A program made the position numbers and the translations under genes. A model generated the notes under the pieces. The model was not told the origin of the DNA and searched no databases. It worked only from the letters and a program-made list of their open reading frames with translations. DNA of 33,841 nucleotides from Candidatus Marsarchaeota archaeon (lineage in GTDB: Archaea; Micrarchaeota; Micrarchaeia; Micrarchaeales; CABMGC01): NCBI GenBank assembly GCA_023485825.1, contig JAMCZF010000051.1, forward strand, positions 1 to 33,841, in the 5' to 3' direction. Position 1 is the first letter of the stretch; every line of letters starts with the position of its first letter. Shown here piece by piece: positions 1 through 8,830 of the stretch.

Positions 1-284
1 ATTCTCCTGAAGAAGTTCTGATATGCCCTCATAAGCCTGTATTCTATCTCGCATCTTGTTTGTGAATAGAGTTTTAGGTATTTCTTGTCCTCTTGAATTA
101 TCTCTTTCACAAACCTGTTGAACTGTGACATTGAGACTTTTGTCTTTCCGTTCCTATAAGACGCAATTGACTTCCCAAGAACCTTGTTGTAGAACTGTTG
201 TGCAAGGACCAGCCTTTCGTCTATCTCCCATTGCCTTGTGGCATCGGGATAGATTCTGAATTTGTAGGCTCTTGCCATTTCCAT
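1..284 (-). CDS. tnpB: IS200/IS605-family TnpB/OrfB (RNA-guided endonuclease), N-terminal ~94 codons; the rest lies beyond the left edge
   Basis: Reverse-strand translation from ATG at 284 (or 278) reads MEMARAYKFRIYPDATRQWEIDERLVLAQQFYNKVLGKSIASYRNGKTKVSMSQFNRFVKEI... The 'AYKFRIYP' opening is the hallmark TnpB/OrfB N-terminus. It is absent from the ORF track because it has no stop inside the window. Confidence 0.75.
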   Translation of the reverse strand, partial: MEMARAYKFRIYPDATRQWEIDERLVLAQQFYNKVLGKSIASYRNGKTKVSMSQFNRFVKEIIQEDKKYLKLYSQTRCEIEYRLMRAYQNFFRR

Positions 285-503
285 CGCATCACTTTTGTAT
301 ATATGCACATCAGCATTATATTCCTTATTACAGCGGTTCGCTATCATCCCACCCGTGAATGGTGTGGGATTTCCTAGGAACCTGACATTTGACAATTACA
401 CTAATAGGGGGCAATCGCAAATTTTACAGTCGGAATCCATGCCTATGGAATTTTAGTGGCATCCCACGAGGGATTTGTCAAGTCGCTAGGATTTCCCGCT
501 TAC
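285..503 (-). mobile_element. Non-coding 5' (left-end-like) region of the tnpB element
   Basis: On the reverse strand the outer end reads gtaagcgggaaa (ending at 503). The same terminal motif occurs at 11663 (reverse) and 25148 (forward). A 7-bp-stem hairpin atcccac/gtgggat lies at 346-370. An inner segment (~330-375, reverse) aligns with 25160-25205. Confidence 0.5.
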
Positions 504-558
504 TATGTTAATTTATATTGTTGCAAGCAAATAATAAAGGTGCGGTAATGGTGAGGAT

Positions 559-1137
559 ATGGCACATCTGGAGATAAGCAAGGAAAAAACGGCACTGGTG
601 GTGATCGACCTGCAGAAGGGCATAGCGTCAATGCCCGGAAGGACAACAGAGCCCTATCCTGCAGGCGCTGTTGTGGCGAATGCAGCAAGGCTCGCCGATG
701 CATTCAGGGAGAATGGCATGCAGGTGTTCCTTGTGCACGTCAATTCAACAGGCAAAGACCGTTTGAATGCCATAACTGATACGCAGTGGCAGATGCCCGG
801 GGAGATGCCTTCTGACTGGGCGGACATTGTGCCGGAGCTCGGCCCCAAGGAAGGCGACATAATAATAACGAAGAGGCAGTGGGGCGCGTTCTACGGAACC
901 GACCTTGAACTGCAGCTGAGGAGAAGGGGTCTTGACACGATAGTGCTCTGTGGGATATCGACAAACTACGGAGTGGAGAGCACAGCAAGATTCGCATACG
1001 AGTACGGCTTCCAGCAGGTGTTTGCCGAGGATGCGATGACGGCTATGACAGAAGCGGAGCACAGGACCAGCATAGAAAAAGCATTCAAACGCATGGGCAG
1101 AGTGAGAAGCACGGAAGAGATACTGGCGGCGCTATAA
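559..1137 (+). CDS. Isochorismatase-family cysteine hydrolase
   Basis: 192 aa. Family motifs are in the right order: ALVVIDLQ (Asp), ITKRQWGAF (Lys), VLCGISTNYGVEST (Cys). GGTGAGG lies upstream of the ATG. Confidence 0.9.
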   Translation: MAHLEISKEKTALVVIDLQKGIASMPGRTTEPYPAGAVVANAARLADAFRENGMQVFLVHVNSTGKDRLNAITDTQWQMPGEMPSDWADIVPELGPKEGDIIITKRQWGAFYGTDLELQLRRRGLDTIVLCGISTNYGVESTARFAYEYGFQQVFAEDAMTAMTEAEHRTSIEKAFKRMGRVRSTEEILAAL

Positions 1138-1157
1138 CGCAGGGTCGCTGCGGAGCA

Positions 1158-1502
1158 TCACAGGCTCTTCACGCCCGTTATGGCCTCTACCGCCTTCTCG
1201 TGCTTCTCAAGCGCCCTGACTATCTCCTTTAGCTTTGGGTTTATGTTGTAACCCAAGTCGTAACCGCGTTCCGTGCGTATGTGCGTAGGCTGAAGCACGT
1301 TGAGCGTCATCGAGAGGTTCCTGAGCGTCAGTATAAGCGTTTTTCTGGTAAAGCTCTTCCCAAGCAGACTGTACAGTTCTCTTGTTGTCCTTGGCGACTT
1401 GATCATGAGAAGCTTTAGCACCGCATAGTTTGGTTTGCTTAGCAGCTTCCTCAAAAGCCAAATCCTGTCATCCTTTCTTTCCTTCTTTGCCATGCAATTC
1501 AC
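1158..1502 (-). CDS. Small winged-helix (ArsR/MarR-like) transcriptional regulator
   Basis: 114 aa. YAVLKLLMIKSPRTTRELYSLLGKSFTRKTLILTLRNL looks like a helix-turn-helix followed by a wing. The likely real start is MAKKERK at 1491. The gene is divergent from the pilus operon. Confidence 0.55.
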   Translation of the reverse strand: MNCMAKKERKDDRIWLLRKLLSKPNYAVLKLLMIKSPRTTRELYSLLGKSFTRKTLILTLRNLSMTLNVLQPTHIRTERGYDLGYNINPKLKEIVRALEKHEKAVEAITGVKSL

Positions 1503-1628
1503 TAATATACCGTAGGCAATATTTATAAACCCTTACACTTCCCTGCAGTTGGGGGTAAACAGAAAGGTATAAAGATATTTAGTTGTATAATAGTAAAAGG
1601 TCATATATTTTAGTAAAACAATGATACC
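1503..1628. promoter_or_regulatory. AT-rich divergent promoter region (regulator <-> pilus operon)
   Basis: TATA-like boxes: atttataaa at 1521-1529 (about 30 nt from the 1491 start on the minus strand), ttgtataatag at ~1584-1594, and catatatttta at ~1602-1612 upstream of ATG 1629. Confidence 0.35.
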
Positions 1629-3134
1629 ATGATAATCAGAAGGCTGCTCAATGCAGCAGGTACCCGTACCGTCCATGCAGAACGCATGCCTGTTGAACTG
1701 GGATTTTCTGTAGGCGATGTCCGCGGAGGCAGCCTAATTAAGGAGGTCCCGGGCCCTATGCCACGCCGCATCATCAAGTCCGGCATGGCATATTTTTATA
1801 CCGTAGGCGACAGGGCACTGTCACAATCCGATGCGCGCCATGCTGCAATGGCAAAGTCCAGTGTGATAGACTCCTTATCCGGCACGGATACGGAGATAGG
1901 CCTTTCCCTGTTCGGGCAGGCGAGGGAGCTGGCAAGGGCAGAGCTCTCAAAGCATGTAGGGACCGAGTCGGCAGAAACGCTTTCCTATTTGGTGGCGCAT
2001 GACACGGTTGGATACGGGCCATTGAGCATACTTATCGAAGACGCTCCGAACATAGAGGAGATAGAGGTCAACGCACCGGCCGAGCCCATTACAGTTTATA
2101 CGGCGGGCTACGGCAGATGCACAACGAATCTTATGTTCTCCGGAGAGCAGGCATTCAGACATGGCATAAATCGCATGATATACTGCAGCGAGAAGGAGCT
2201 CTGCGACAACATGCCCGTGGTGGATGCACAGGTCGGCAACGCAAGGGTGCATGCGCAGATACGCCCGTACGCCATAAGCGGCGGAGCGGCCTCGATCAGG
2301 ATAGGAAAAGGCAAATCAATGGGCGCATACTCGCTGCTGAGGAACAACACCCTGAATCCGGAACTGCTTGCATATCTGTGGATAGCCATGGAATCTGGAA
2401 TAAATATCATAATATCAGGCGCACCCGGCAGCGGGAAGACCACGCTTGTGTATGCGCTGTCGCAGTTCGTGCCGAGGCACTGCAAGGTCGTTACCATAGA
2501 GGACGATGTGAACGAGCTGTGCCTCAACGGCCCAATATTCAATACAGTAGCGCTTTACGGGTCGAAGTACTCGTGCGTATCCGCAAAGAGCCAGGTGCTG
2601 AACGCGCTGCGCATGCGCCCTGACAGGATAATCTGCGGCGAGATACGCGGCGATGAGGCGGCAGAGCTGTTTTCCGGGGCCAATCTCGGCACTCCGTTCA
2701 TGACCACGATGCACAGCAGCGATGAGGAACTTGGCGTGATCAAGAAACTCATTGTGAAGCCTATGTCGGTGGAATACAGGGCGTTGAGCATGCTCGACCT
2801 GTCAATACACATGAGGCAGCAGGATCCTGGCAGGCGCGTGGTGTCCTCGATGATCGAGTACCTGTGGCTGAGCAGGGCCGAAACAGACGTCGGAGCAGAG
2901 ATAGGCGGCAGCGATCTCGTCAAACACGTGAAGATTGCCGACTCGTCGAGGCTTGTCCCGGGCTTCATCCCGATGTCGAAGGTCATGGCGAAATATGCGA
3001 AGGAGAACGGGTTGTCCAAGACCGCAGTGAGAAAGGAATTCGAGCGGAAGGCAGGCGTAATACGTGCCGCGACCGAATCCTCGAATGGCGAAAGCGCATT
3101 CACGGAGTCGATACTCAGGGGGTGGTACCCGTGA
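1629..3134 (+). CDS. Type II/IV secretion-family ATPase (PilB/FlaI/ArlI-like pilus assembly ATPase), locus 1
   Basis: 501 aa. Walker A is GAPGSGKTT, Asp box VTIEDDVNEL, Walker B RMRPDRIICGEIRGDEAAELF, His box MTTMHSS. Confidence 0.9.
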   Translation: MIIRRLLNAAGTRTVHAERMPVELGFSVGDVRGGSLIKEVPGPMPRRIIKSGMAYFYTVGDRALSQSDARHAAMAKSSVIDSLSGTDTEIGLSLFGQARELARAELSKHVGTESAETLSYLVAHDTVGYGPLSILIEDAPNIEEIEVNAPAEPITVYTAGYGRCTTNLMFSGEQAFRHGINRMIYCSEKELCDNMPVVDAQVGNARVHAQIRPYAISGGAASIRIGKGKSMGAYSLLRNNTLNPELLAYLWIAMESGINIIISGAPGSGKTTLVYALSQFVPRHCKVVTIEDDVNELCLNGPIFNTVALYGSKYSCVSAKSQVLNALRMRPDRIICGEIRGDEAAELFSGANLGTPFMTTMHSSDEELGVIKKLIVKPMSVEYRALSMLDLSIHMRQQDPGRRVVSSMIEYLWLSRAETDVGAEIGGSDLVKHVKIADSSRLVPGFIPMSKVMAKYAKENGLSKTAVRKEFERKAGVIRAATESSNGESAFTESILRGWYP

Positions 3135-3835
3135 AGGTCACGCCTTTTCGCAAGCGCATCGCAGCGTTCGCCTCGCTGACCCTTGCCATGGAGATTATCC
3201 TTTATCCAGAGACCGTGTCTGGGGAGATGACGATGCTCGTGGCTTCCACCGCATCTTCAATGTCATCATCGCTCATAATCGTTTATGCAATATCGCGCAT
3301 GCAGCGATACAGGGACGATTCGGAACTTGACAATGAGGTCTCCAACGCATTTTCATCTGCATTTTTCTACAACTCCACTGGAATCCCGCTATCGAGATCC
3401 TTGAGGCTGTCTTCCGACAATCTAAACCGCAGGGCTGCTGCGCCGTTTGTCAATCTCGCAAACAGGCTCAGCCTGGGGCAGCAATTCAATGAGGCCTTCA
3501 AGTCGGTGAAGGCGCTGTCCTCTTCGAGGGCCTTTGCGGCCGGAGTGAAGAACATTGGAGCCGAGGTTCCGCGTCTGGTGTCACTGCTGGCCATGCGCGA
3601 GCTTGCACTGAAATCGAAGCTGTCCGGGATAGAATCCTCAATGCAGAGGTACTCGACAATGAGCATGTTCGTGGCCGTGATCCTCCCGTCATTTGTCCTT
3701 TTCTCCTTCATAGGCAGTTCAGTGCTTTTCAACAGCTATGCGGGGGCTGCGCTCATTTATCCTGTGCTTGTGTGCTTTCTGCCTGCTGCGTATGCGCTCA
3801 GCAGCCTTCTTATATCGAGGGGCCTGAATGGATAA
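3131..3835 (+). CDS. Half-size TadC/FlaJ-like (T2SSF-like) pilus platform membrane protein
   Basis: GTG at 3131 overlaps the ATPase stop (GTGA). A soluble helical segment (GIPLSRSLRLSS...LGQQFNEAFKSV) is followed by C-terminal TM helices (MFVAVILPSFVLFSFIGSSVLF..). The part of track ORF 2864-3835 upstream of 3131 overlaps the ATPase out of frame and is discounted. Confidence 0.6.
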   Translation: MKVTPFRKRIAAFASLTLAMEIILYPETVSGEMTMLVASTASSMSSSLIIVYAISRMQRYRDDSELDNEVSNAFSSAFFYNSTGIPLSRSLRLSSDNLNRRAAAPFVNLANRLSLGQQFNEAFKSVKALSSSRAFAAGVKNIGAEVPRLVSLLAMRELALKSKLSGIESSMQRYSTMSMFVAVILPSFVLFSFIGSSVLFNSYAGAALIYPVLVCFLPAAYALSSLLISRGLNG

Positions 3836-4562
3836 GGCTATTGACATTGTACTTGGAGCCGTCGAGGGCGGGGTGCTCGCCGGTTACCTTGCGTTGCGGG
3901 CACCCCTGCTAGTTGGAGCGCTGCCCGCAATCGCGCTCATTCACCTCGTGCTGAGGCGGCGCACGGCAGGCCATGTCTCGGACTGGCTCGCGACATATGC
4001 CAGGGCGCTCTCTGTCAGATATGCCGAAACGGGCTTGATGGCGCACAGCGTGGAGAGCACAAACGCGCGCATGGATCCCAGGGGCTTCGCCGAGATGCAT
4101 AGGCGCCACATGCTTGGCGACTCTACTGATGAGCATGGAGCAGGCGGCGCAGATGGCCTGCGCGGAATAATATCATTTGCCATGCGCACCGGAAGGAAGG
4201 TCTCGGCGAGCCTTGAGGGGTTCAGGAAGGGAATAATCAACGAAGCAGAAACGGCAAACCTGGTGCGCTCAAAGGCCGGCGCGATGAAGTCGGTGACCTA
4301 TGCGGGGCTGTTGTTCTTTTTGCCGCTTTTCGGAGGCATCAGTTCCAATGTCATGGCGTCGTTGTACCCTGCTGCGGCTTCGGCCATGCCTGCATTCTCA
4401 CTGTCTATTCTGGCATACGTGGCATTGGCGCTCCTGATAACTTCGTACGCATACGATGCGGCAAGCGGCATCGTTGAGAGGATAACCGGCGCAATGCCGC
4501 TGCTCTCGCTTTCGGCAGCGGTACTGTTCATCGCATCAAACTACATATCATACGCAATATGA
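3828..4562 (+). CDS. Second half-size TadC/FlaJ-like platform membrane protein
   Basis: 244 aa with an 8-nt overlap with the previous gene. It has an N-terminal TM hairpin, a soluble helical middle part and C-terminal TM helices. The layout matches a single T2SSF-type domain. Confidence 0.55.
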   Translation: MDKAIDIVLGAVEGGVLAGYLALRAPLLVGALPAIALIHLVLRRRTAGHVSDWLATYARALSVRYAETGLMAHSVESTNARMDPRGFAEMHRRHMLGDSTDEHGAGGADGLRGIISFAMRTGRKVSASLEGFRKGIINEAETANLVRSKAGAMKSVTYAGLLFFLPLFGGISSNVMASLYPAAASAMPAFSLSILAYVALALLITSYAYDAASGIVERITGAMPLLSLSAAVLFIASNYISYAI

Positions 4563-4571
4563 GGTAATGGA

Positions 4572-4844
4572 ATGAGAAAAGACCGCCTAAGAGAGGGAAT
4601 CTACAGGGCAGTGCCGAGCGAGGCCAGGGCATTCATCGCCCTGGCCAGTGCGAAGAAGGCGCAGGGATCGCTAGAGTACATAATGATGGTCGCAGCCGCG
4701 AGCATCGTCATAGTGATAGCCCTTGCGATGGTTGTGAAGCTCAAGGGCTCAGTAGCAAGCAACGTGACCATAAACGGCAATACGATGAGTGCCAGCCAGG
4801 CGATAGCGACCGAGATAGCGAACCTGTCGAATACGATAGCCTGA
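4572..4844 (+). CDS. Archaeal type IV prepilin (class III signal peptide)
   Basis: ...SAKKAQGSLEYIMMVAAASIVIVIALAMVV shows the basic residues, QxSxEY and a hydrophobic helix of a DUF361-type pilin N-terminus. A GAGGT RBS lies 7 nt upstream. A shorter start (GTG 4611) is possible. Confidence 0.7.
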   Translation: MRKDRLREGIYRAVPSEARAFIALASAKKAQGSLEYIMMVAAASIVIVIALAMVVKLKGSVASNVTINGNTMSASQAIATEIANLSNTIA

Positions 4845-4853
4845 GCTGGTTGG

Positions 4854-5210
4854 TTGAGGGCACAGCTATCGCTAGAATTTCTCGTGTACATGTCAGTCTC
4901 CGGCATTGCGCTCGCGGCATCAGTGTCTGCCGTAGCATCATACTACGGGTCAGCGTCTGGTGCCGCATCGCAGTATGCGTATTTCGGGTTCGTGGGCATG
5001 ATCTCCCGCGCAGTTTATCTCAACGCAACCATATTCACCGGATACGTGCCCCCAGAAGCCTGCAGGGCAGGATCTGCAAATGTCATAAGCCCTTATTTGT
5101 CCGGCTATTACATGCCTATGCCGGTAAACCTTGACAAAAAAGGCATATGCCCTTCCGGGATCAAGACGCTTCGCCTTGAGAGGGGGCCGGACGGCTGGGT
5201 GCTGAGTTGA
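4854..5210 (+). CDS. Archaeal type IV prepilin-like protein
   Basis: TTG start. The N-terminus MRAQLSLEFLVYMSVSGIALAASV has QxSxEF plus a hydrophobic helix. Confidence 0.7.
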   Translation: MRAQLSLEFLVYMSVSGIALAASVSAVASYYGSASGAASQYAYFGFVGMISRAVYLNATIFTGYVPPEACRAGSANVISPYLSGYYMPMPVNLDKKGICPSGIKTLRLERGPDGWVLS

Positions 5211-5416
5211 AGCTTCAGATAAGCATTGAGGTCCTTGTCACCCTCGCCATCTCTTTCGCCGTAGCTGCGCTTCTTGCAGGGGGGCTGTCGGTGCTGAAGA
5301 GCAGCTCCTTGTCCTATGCCGCACATGAAAGCGTCACGGAATCAGGCGCATACAATGCGCTTGCAGCATTTCAGGATGCTGTGCAGTGCTATCCACAGCA
5401 GGGCGTGGTCCGATGA
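5207..5416 (+). CDS. Small archaeal prepilin-like protein
   Basis: TTG start overlapping the previous stop. The N-terminus MKLQISIEVLVTLAISFAVAALLAG has QxSxE plus a hydrophobic helix. Confidence 0.6.
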   Translation: MKLQISIEVLVTLAISFAVAALLAGGLSVLKSSSLSYAAHESVTESGAYNALAAFQDAVQCYPQQGVVR

Positions 5417-5760
5417 GGCTGTCGTTGATAAGCCTTGACATGATGTTGGCGCTTCCGCTGCTCTTCCTGAGCCTGACTACGCTGTTCGGTTACGCGTATA
5501 GGGTGCAAGAAAGCATAAATTATACTATGGGGGAGCTTGCAGGAACCCTGGCGCTTTACGCAAACTCATCCATCGTATACAACGAAGCGGCGTCGGAGAT
5601 GGCGTTCAACGCTTCGCAGTTTCCTGTGCGCATGGGCGGAAATGCTGTCGCGTACATGTACAACTATAGCGAACGGCCGCCAGGCTGCGCAGTGCAGTAT
5701 GCTTGCAGGATTGTTGTGATATCGGGCAATGCCCGTGTGATGGTAATGAAACAGGTGTGA
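5413..5760 (+). CDS. Prepilin-like membrane protein (degenerate signal)
   Basis: ATG 5413 overlaps the previous stop (ATGA). The N-terminus is MRLSLISLDMMLALPLLFLSL. It contains several NxS/T sequons. The track ORF starts earlier, at 5386. Confidence 0.5.
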   Translation: MRLSLISLDMMLALPLLFLSLTTLFGYAYRVQESINYTMGELAGTLALYANSSIVYNEAASEMAFNASQFPVRMGGNAVAYMYNYSERPPGCAVQYACRIVVISGNARVMVMKQV

Positions 5761-5763
5761 GGA

Positions 5764-7047
5764 ATGAACAGCAGGGAAGGATCCATAGCGTGCAGGCTGC
5801 AGACGAGCCTGGAATTCGTAACCGTGCTCGCCGTCGTGTCGGTGCTGGCCCTTTACGCGGTTGTCGCATACCGGGGGCTTGCAGTGGATGGAAAGGCCGC
5901 TGTGCAGGGCATAGGCCCGATGTCAATAAATGCGCCCAATGACTCTTTCACATGGAATGACACGCAAAGGCCCGCGGTCAGCGCATACATGCCGTTGAAT
6001 TCAGCGGTGAGCATGGGCGGCATCATGCAGATAGGCGCGTTTGGGTGCAGCAACGGCAGCATGTCATACTCGCTAAGCTCGGGCTCCATGGTATTTTCCC
6101 CGCAGAACTACTCATTCAGCATAGACGGCCTCGGTATGACGTATGTGCGATATGTGCCCGTACTGCAGGGCCTTGACTCAGCGGCATTGCGCTACACGAT
6201 TGATTGCGGCCCATACAAGGCCACAGAGACCAGGAACCTGACAACGTACGCCGCAGCCCCATCGGCAGGAACTGGGAACCAGTCACAGTATTATGCTGCC
6301 ATTTACTCGAGGAATGAGAGCCTGGAATACCAGACTAACAGCTCGGAAGCCATCGATTCGTTCAGCCAGTTCAACCACTGCACGCTGGTAGACTGGTGGG
6401 GGCGCACCCTGGCTATAGGCTCCCAGTGCCATACGACAGACGCATACGAATGGAGCGCGTTTGATGGAAACTGCGGGTCCTATTCGAGGACCTACTGCAT
6501 TGTGCCGTTTGCATCGGGAAATTACATAGCCGCTGGAGACAACGGCAGGCCTGCCTACTCGTTCGTGCTCGGAATAGGCACCCCGGCCGGGGAAATGCAT
6601 GCTCAGTTCAATGGCTCTGGCCGTGCCGGGCTTTTTCTCGGAACTGATGAGGTGGGCAATGCCAGCATCGAGTCGGTGTACGTGCAGGACCAGCAGCAGA
6701 ACGTCAGGATATACAACGGGAGCGCGGCCAGGCCGGCGAACTATACGCTTTATCTCATGTTCGAGCAGGCGAAGGCGGAGACACTGTCCACGCTCTCGTA
6801 TTACAACCATACGGGTGCCGGATCCGAGATGGAGCAGGCGGTGTATTCGTACGGGCAAAGCGCGGCATCGCTCGAAGACTCGTCCGCTTCCGGGCAAGGC
6901 GCCTGCAGGAACAATGGCGCGTATCTCTTCTGCGCGGCAGGGCTGCCGTTCGAGTATGTCATAAACGTGACAACGTCGGAGCCCATAGGCACCCACACCA
7001 TGTCGTATGAGGGCAGCATAGTGCATCTGACTGGAGTGGGTGCATGA
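5764..7047 (+). CDS. Large (427 aa) pilin-like protein with a class III signal peptide; candidate minor pilin or adhesin
   Basis: N-terminus ...ACRLQTSLEFVTVLAVVSVLALYAVV has QxSxEF plus a helix. The rest is ST/G/Y-rich with about 14 NxS/T sequons by my count. Confidence 0.65.
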   Translation: MNSREGSIACRLQTSLEFVTVLAVVSVLALYAVVAYRGLAVDGKAAVQGIGPMSINAPNDSFTWNDTQRPAVSAYMPLNSAVSMGGIMQIGAFGCSNGSMSYSLSSGSMVFSPQNYSFSIDGLGMTYVRYVPVLQGLDSAALRYTIDCGPYKATETRNLTTYAAAPSAGTGNQSQYYAAIYSRNESLEYQTNSSEAIDSFSQFNHCTLVDWWGRTLAIGSQCHTTDAYEWSAFDGNCGSYSRTYCIVPFASGNYIAAGDNGRPAYSFVLGIGTPAGEMHAQFNGSGRAGLFLGTDEVGNASIESVYVQDQQQNVRIYNGSAARPANYTLYLMFEQAKAETLSTLSYYNHTGAGSEMEQAVYSYGQSAASLEDSSASGQGACRNNGAYLFCAAGLPFEYVINVTTSEPIGTHTMSYEGSIVHLTGVGA

Positions 7048-7397
7048 GACTGCAGTTTGCTACAATGGAAGCAATAGCCTCCGCCATGGTCGTCGCCGTG
7101 ACAATAACCGCCGTCTCTGCGTCCGTAGCCCAGAACAACAGCAGCGCATACTCTTCGCTGCGCGAGATGCGGCTGGGGTTCGCAGAGCATGACTTCATGG
7201 CACAGGCATACGGGAACGCGTCGCTGCGCAGCTGCATAGCAGAATACCTGAATGGCGCCAACTCCTGCATTTTTGGCTATGAAGCCGCGTACGCTGACAT
7301 CTACGGAATCCAAAATTTCACAGTGTCGAGGCACCTGATGCAGGGAGGGGAATGCTTCGCGGTTCCGTTTAACGGAATACTCTGCATCGGTGGATGA
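7044..7397 (+). CDS. Prepilin-like protein
   Basis: ATGA overlap with the previous gene. The N-terminus is MRLQFATMEAIASAMVVAVTITAV. Confidence 0.55.
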   Translation: MRLQFATMEAIASAMVVAVTITAVSASVAQNNSSAYSSLREMRLGFAEHDFMAQAYGNASLRSCIAEYLNGANSCIFGYEAAYADIYGIQNFTVSRHLMQGGECFAVPFNGILCIGG

Positions 7398-7674
7398 GAT
7401 GTCGTTTTACGGAATCGCGCTCATAATGACTGCCCTCGTTTCCTCATACATTGCCGCGTTTGCATATGCACAGCTCAGAGGCGCAGGCGTGATGACGCTT
7501 CTGCCGTACGATGCCTACGAGGCGATGACTCTCAGGACCTCTTTATTGGCAGCAAACAACTCCGTCTATTCCGGCCTTTCTGTGGCGATTGACGGAACAG
7601 GCATGAAAACAGTTAATGGGACAGTGGTCGCGGTGGGCCCTTCCGGCATGTACTGCGTGTCAGGCTACCGCTGA
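7390..7674 (+). CDS. Small membrane protein within the pilin array
   Basis: 94 aa. An N-terminal TM helix MSFYGIALIMTALVSSYIAAFAYA sits directly at the start (GTG 7390 or ATG 7399). It has no Q motif. Confidence 0.4.
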   Translation: MDEMSFYGIALIMTALVSSYIAAFAYAQLRGAGVMTLLPYDAYEAMTLRTSLLAANNSVYSGLSVAIDGTGMKTVNGTVVAVGPSGMYCVSGYR

Positions 7675-7690
7675 GTCGGATCATACAACC

Positions 7691-7705
7691 GTATTTATTT
7701 TTTGC
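7691..7705 (+). promoter_or_regulatory. TATA-like box inside the pilin array, in front of the 7727 pilin gene
   Basis: gtatttattttttgc lies in the only real intergenic gap of the operon (7675-7726). It is centred about 30 nt upstream of ATG 7727. Confidence 0.3.
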
Positions 7706-7726
7706 GTTGCAACTATAATCGGTATT

Positions 7727-8239
7727 ATGGATGTGAATCCGTCGGGGAGCCCTGCCACAAGGGGCCAGAATGCGATCGAGCTCCTTGCAGTGTACGGCTG
7801 GGCCATAATAGTAATATCAATAGCGCTTGCGGCGCTATTCTATCTCGGTGTACTCAGCCCCTCCGGCTCAGTACCGACGAGCTGCGTGATAAACCAGGCG
7901 TTCCAATGCTCGAATGTGCGCCTATCCACGAGCGGCATACTCACATTCACGCTGCTGCAGAACCATTACGCTCAGGTAAACATAACCGGAATAGGATGCT
8001 CAGAGGACCCTTCCAATTACCATATTCTGGCCCCGAATGCGATACCTGCCACGCGCGTCTACATGCCCTTAGGCAACGAGACCAATTATACGGTCCAGTG
8101 CTACAATTCCGCAGGCGAGATATCGGGGGGCATAGGCCTGGTGCTCAACGCAACGCTGTACATAAACTATGTCGACGACCTCGGCGGATTCTCATACTCC
8201 GCCACAGGAAGCGTGATTACCAAGGCGACTTATACATGA
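7727..8239 (+). CDS. Archaeal type IV prepilin (possible major pilin, with its own promoter)
   Basis: The in-frame ATG at 7727 gives MDVNPSGSPATRGQNAIELLAVYGWAIIVISIALAALFYL, i.e. RGQ then xxxE then a hydrophobic helix. The upstream part of track ORF 7616-8239 overlaps the previous gene. Confidence 0.65.
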   Translation: MDVNPSGSPATRGQNAIELLAVYGWAIIVISIALAALFYLGVLSPSGSVPTSCVINQAFQCSNVRLSTSGILTFTLLQNHYAQVNITGIGCSEDPSNYHILAPNAIPATRVYMPLGNETNYTVQCYNSAGEISGGIGLVLNATLYINYVDDLGGFSYSATGSVITKATYT

Positions 8240-8260
8240 ACACGTGCAATAAATGATGTC

Positions 8261-8788
8261 ATGAAGGCGCAGTTCTGGTCGTTCGACATAATGTTCGCAA
8301 TAGTAGTATTCGCAGTATCCATGACCATACTCACCTATGTGTGGCTCACCCTGAGTTCACAGTTCTCCGACTCCTACACAAACGGCATAAACCTGATGCA
8401 GGCACAGCTGCAGGAGCTGAGTTCCGGCCTGATGCTTGCTGGAAGCCCGTCCAATTGGAACTCACTGGTGAACCTCTCTGGCACAGGCGCATGGGCCAAC
8501 CTGAGCGTAGGCTTCGGCGGCCAGAACGGCGCGCTGTCGTACCGCAAGATACTCGCCTTCTACGCGATGTCAAATTCCGACTATCAGGAATCAAAGGTGC
8601 CCCTCGGGGTAAGCTACGATTATTACATACTGGTCAACGGCACAGGCTACAGCATAGCCATCGGCAGGAACCCATCCTCTGGCAACGCCTATGCGGTGCA
8701 GACCGTGACAGAGCCGGTCATGATAAATGATCAGCCCGCAACGCTCACCATAGACCTGTGGACCAACACGACCTTCGGCATTGCGTAG
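8261..8788 (+). CDS. Prepilin-like protein
   Basis: The N-terminus is MKAQFWSFDIMFAIVVFAVSMTILTYVWL. It has several NxS/T sequons and is the last gene of the plus-strand operon. Confidence 0.6.
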   Translation: MKAQFWSFDIMFAIVVFAVSMTILTYVWLTLSSQFSDSYTNGINLMQAQLQELSSGLMLAGSPSNWNSLVNLSGTGAWANLSVGFGGQNGALSYRKILAFYAMSNSDYQESKVPLGVSYDYYILVNGTGYSIAIGRNPSSGNAYAVQTVTEPVMINDQPATLTIDLWTNTTFGIA

Positions 8789-8830
8789 CCCTGCGGAAGC
8801 AGGCGGAACCACGGAAACGCGCGGGCCTTC

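Noticed and set aside
8790-8803. The small hairpin cctgc-ggaa-gcagg between the two convergent pilus operons, considered as a possible terminator.
   Set aside because: It has only a 5-bp stem and no adjacent oligo-T tract, so the evidence is too weak to annotate.
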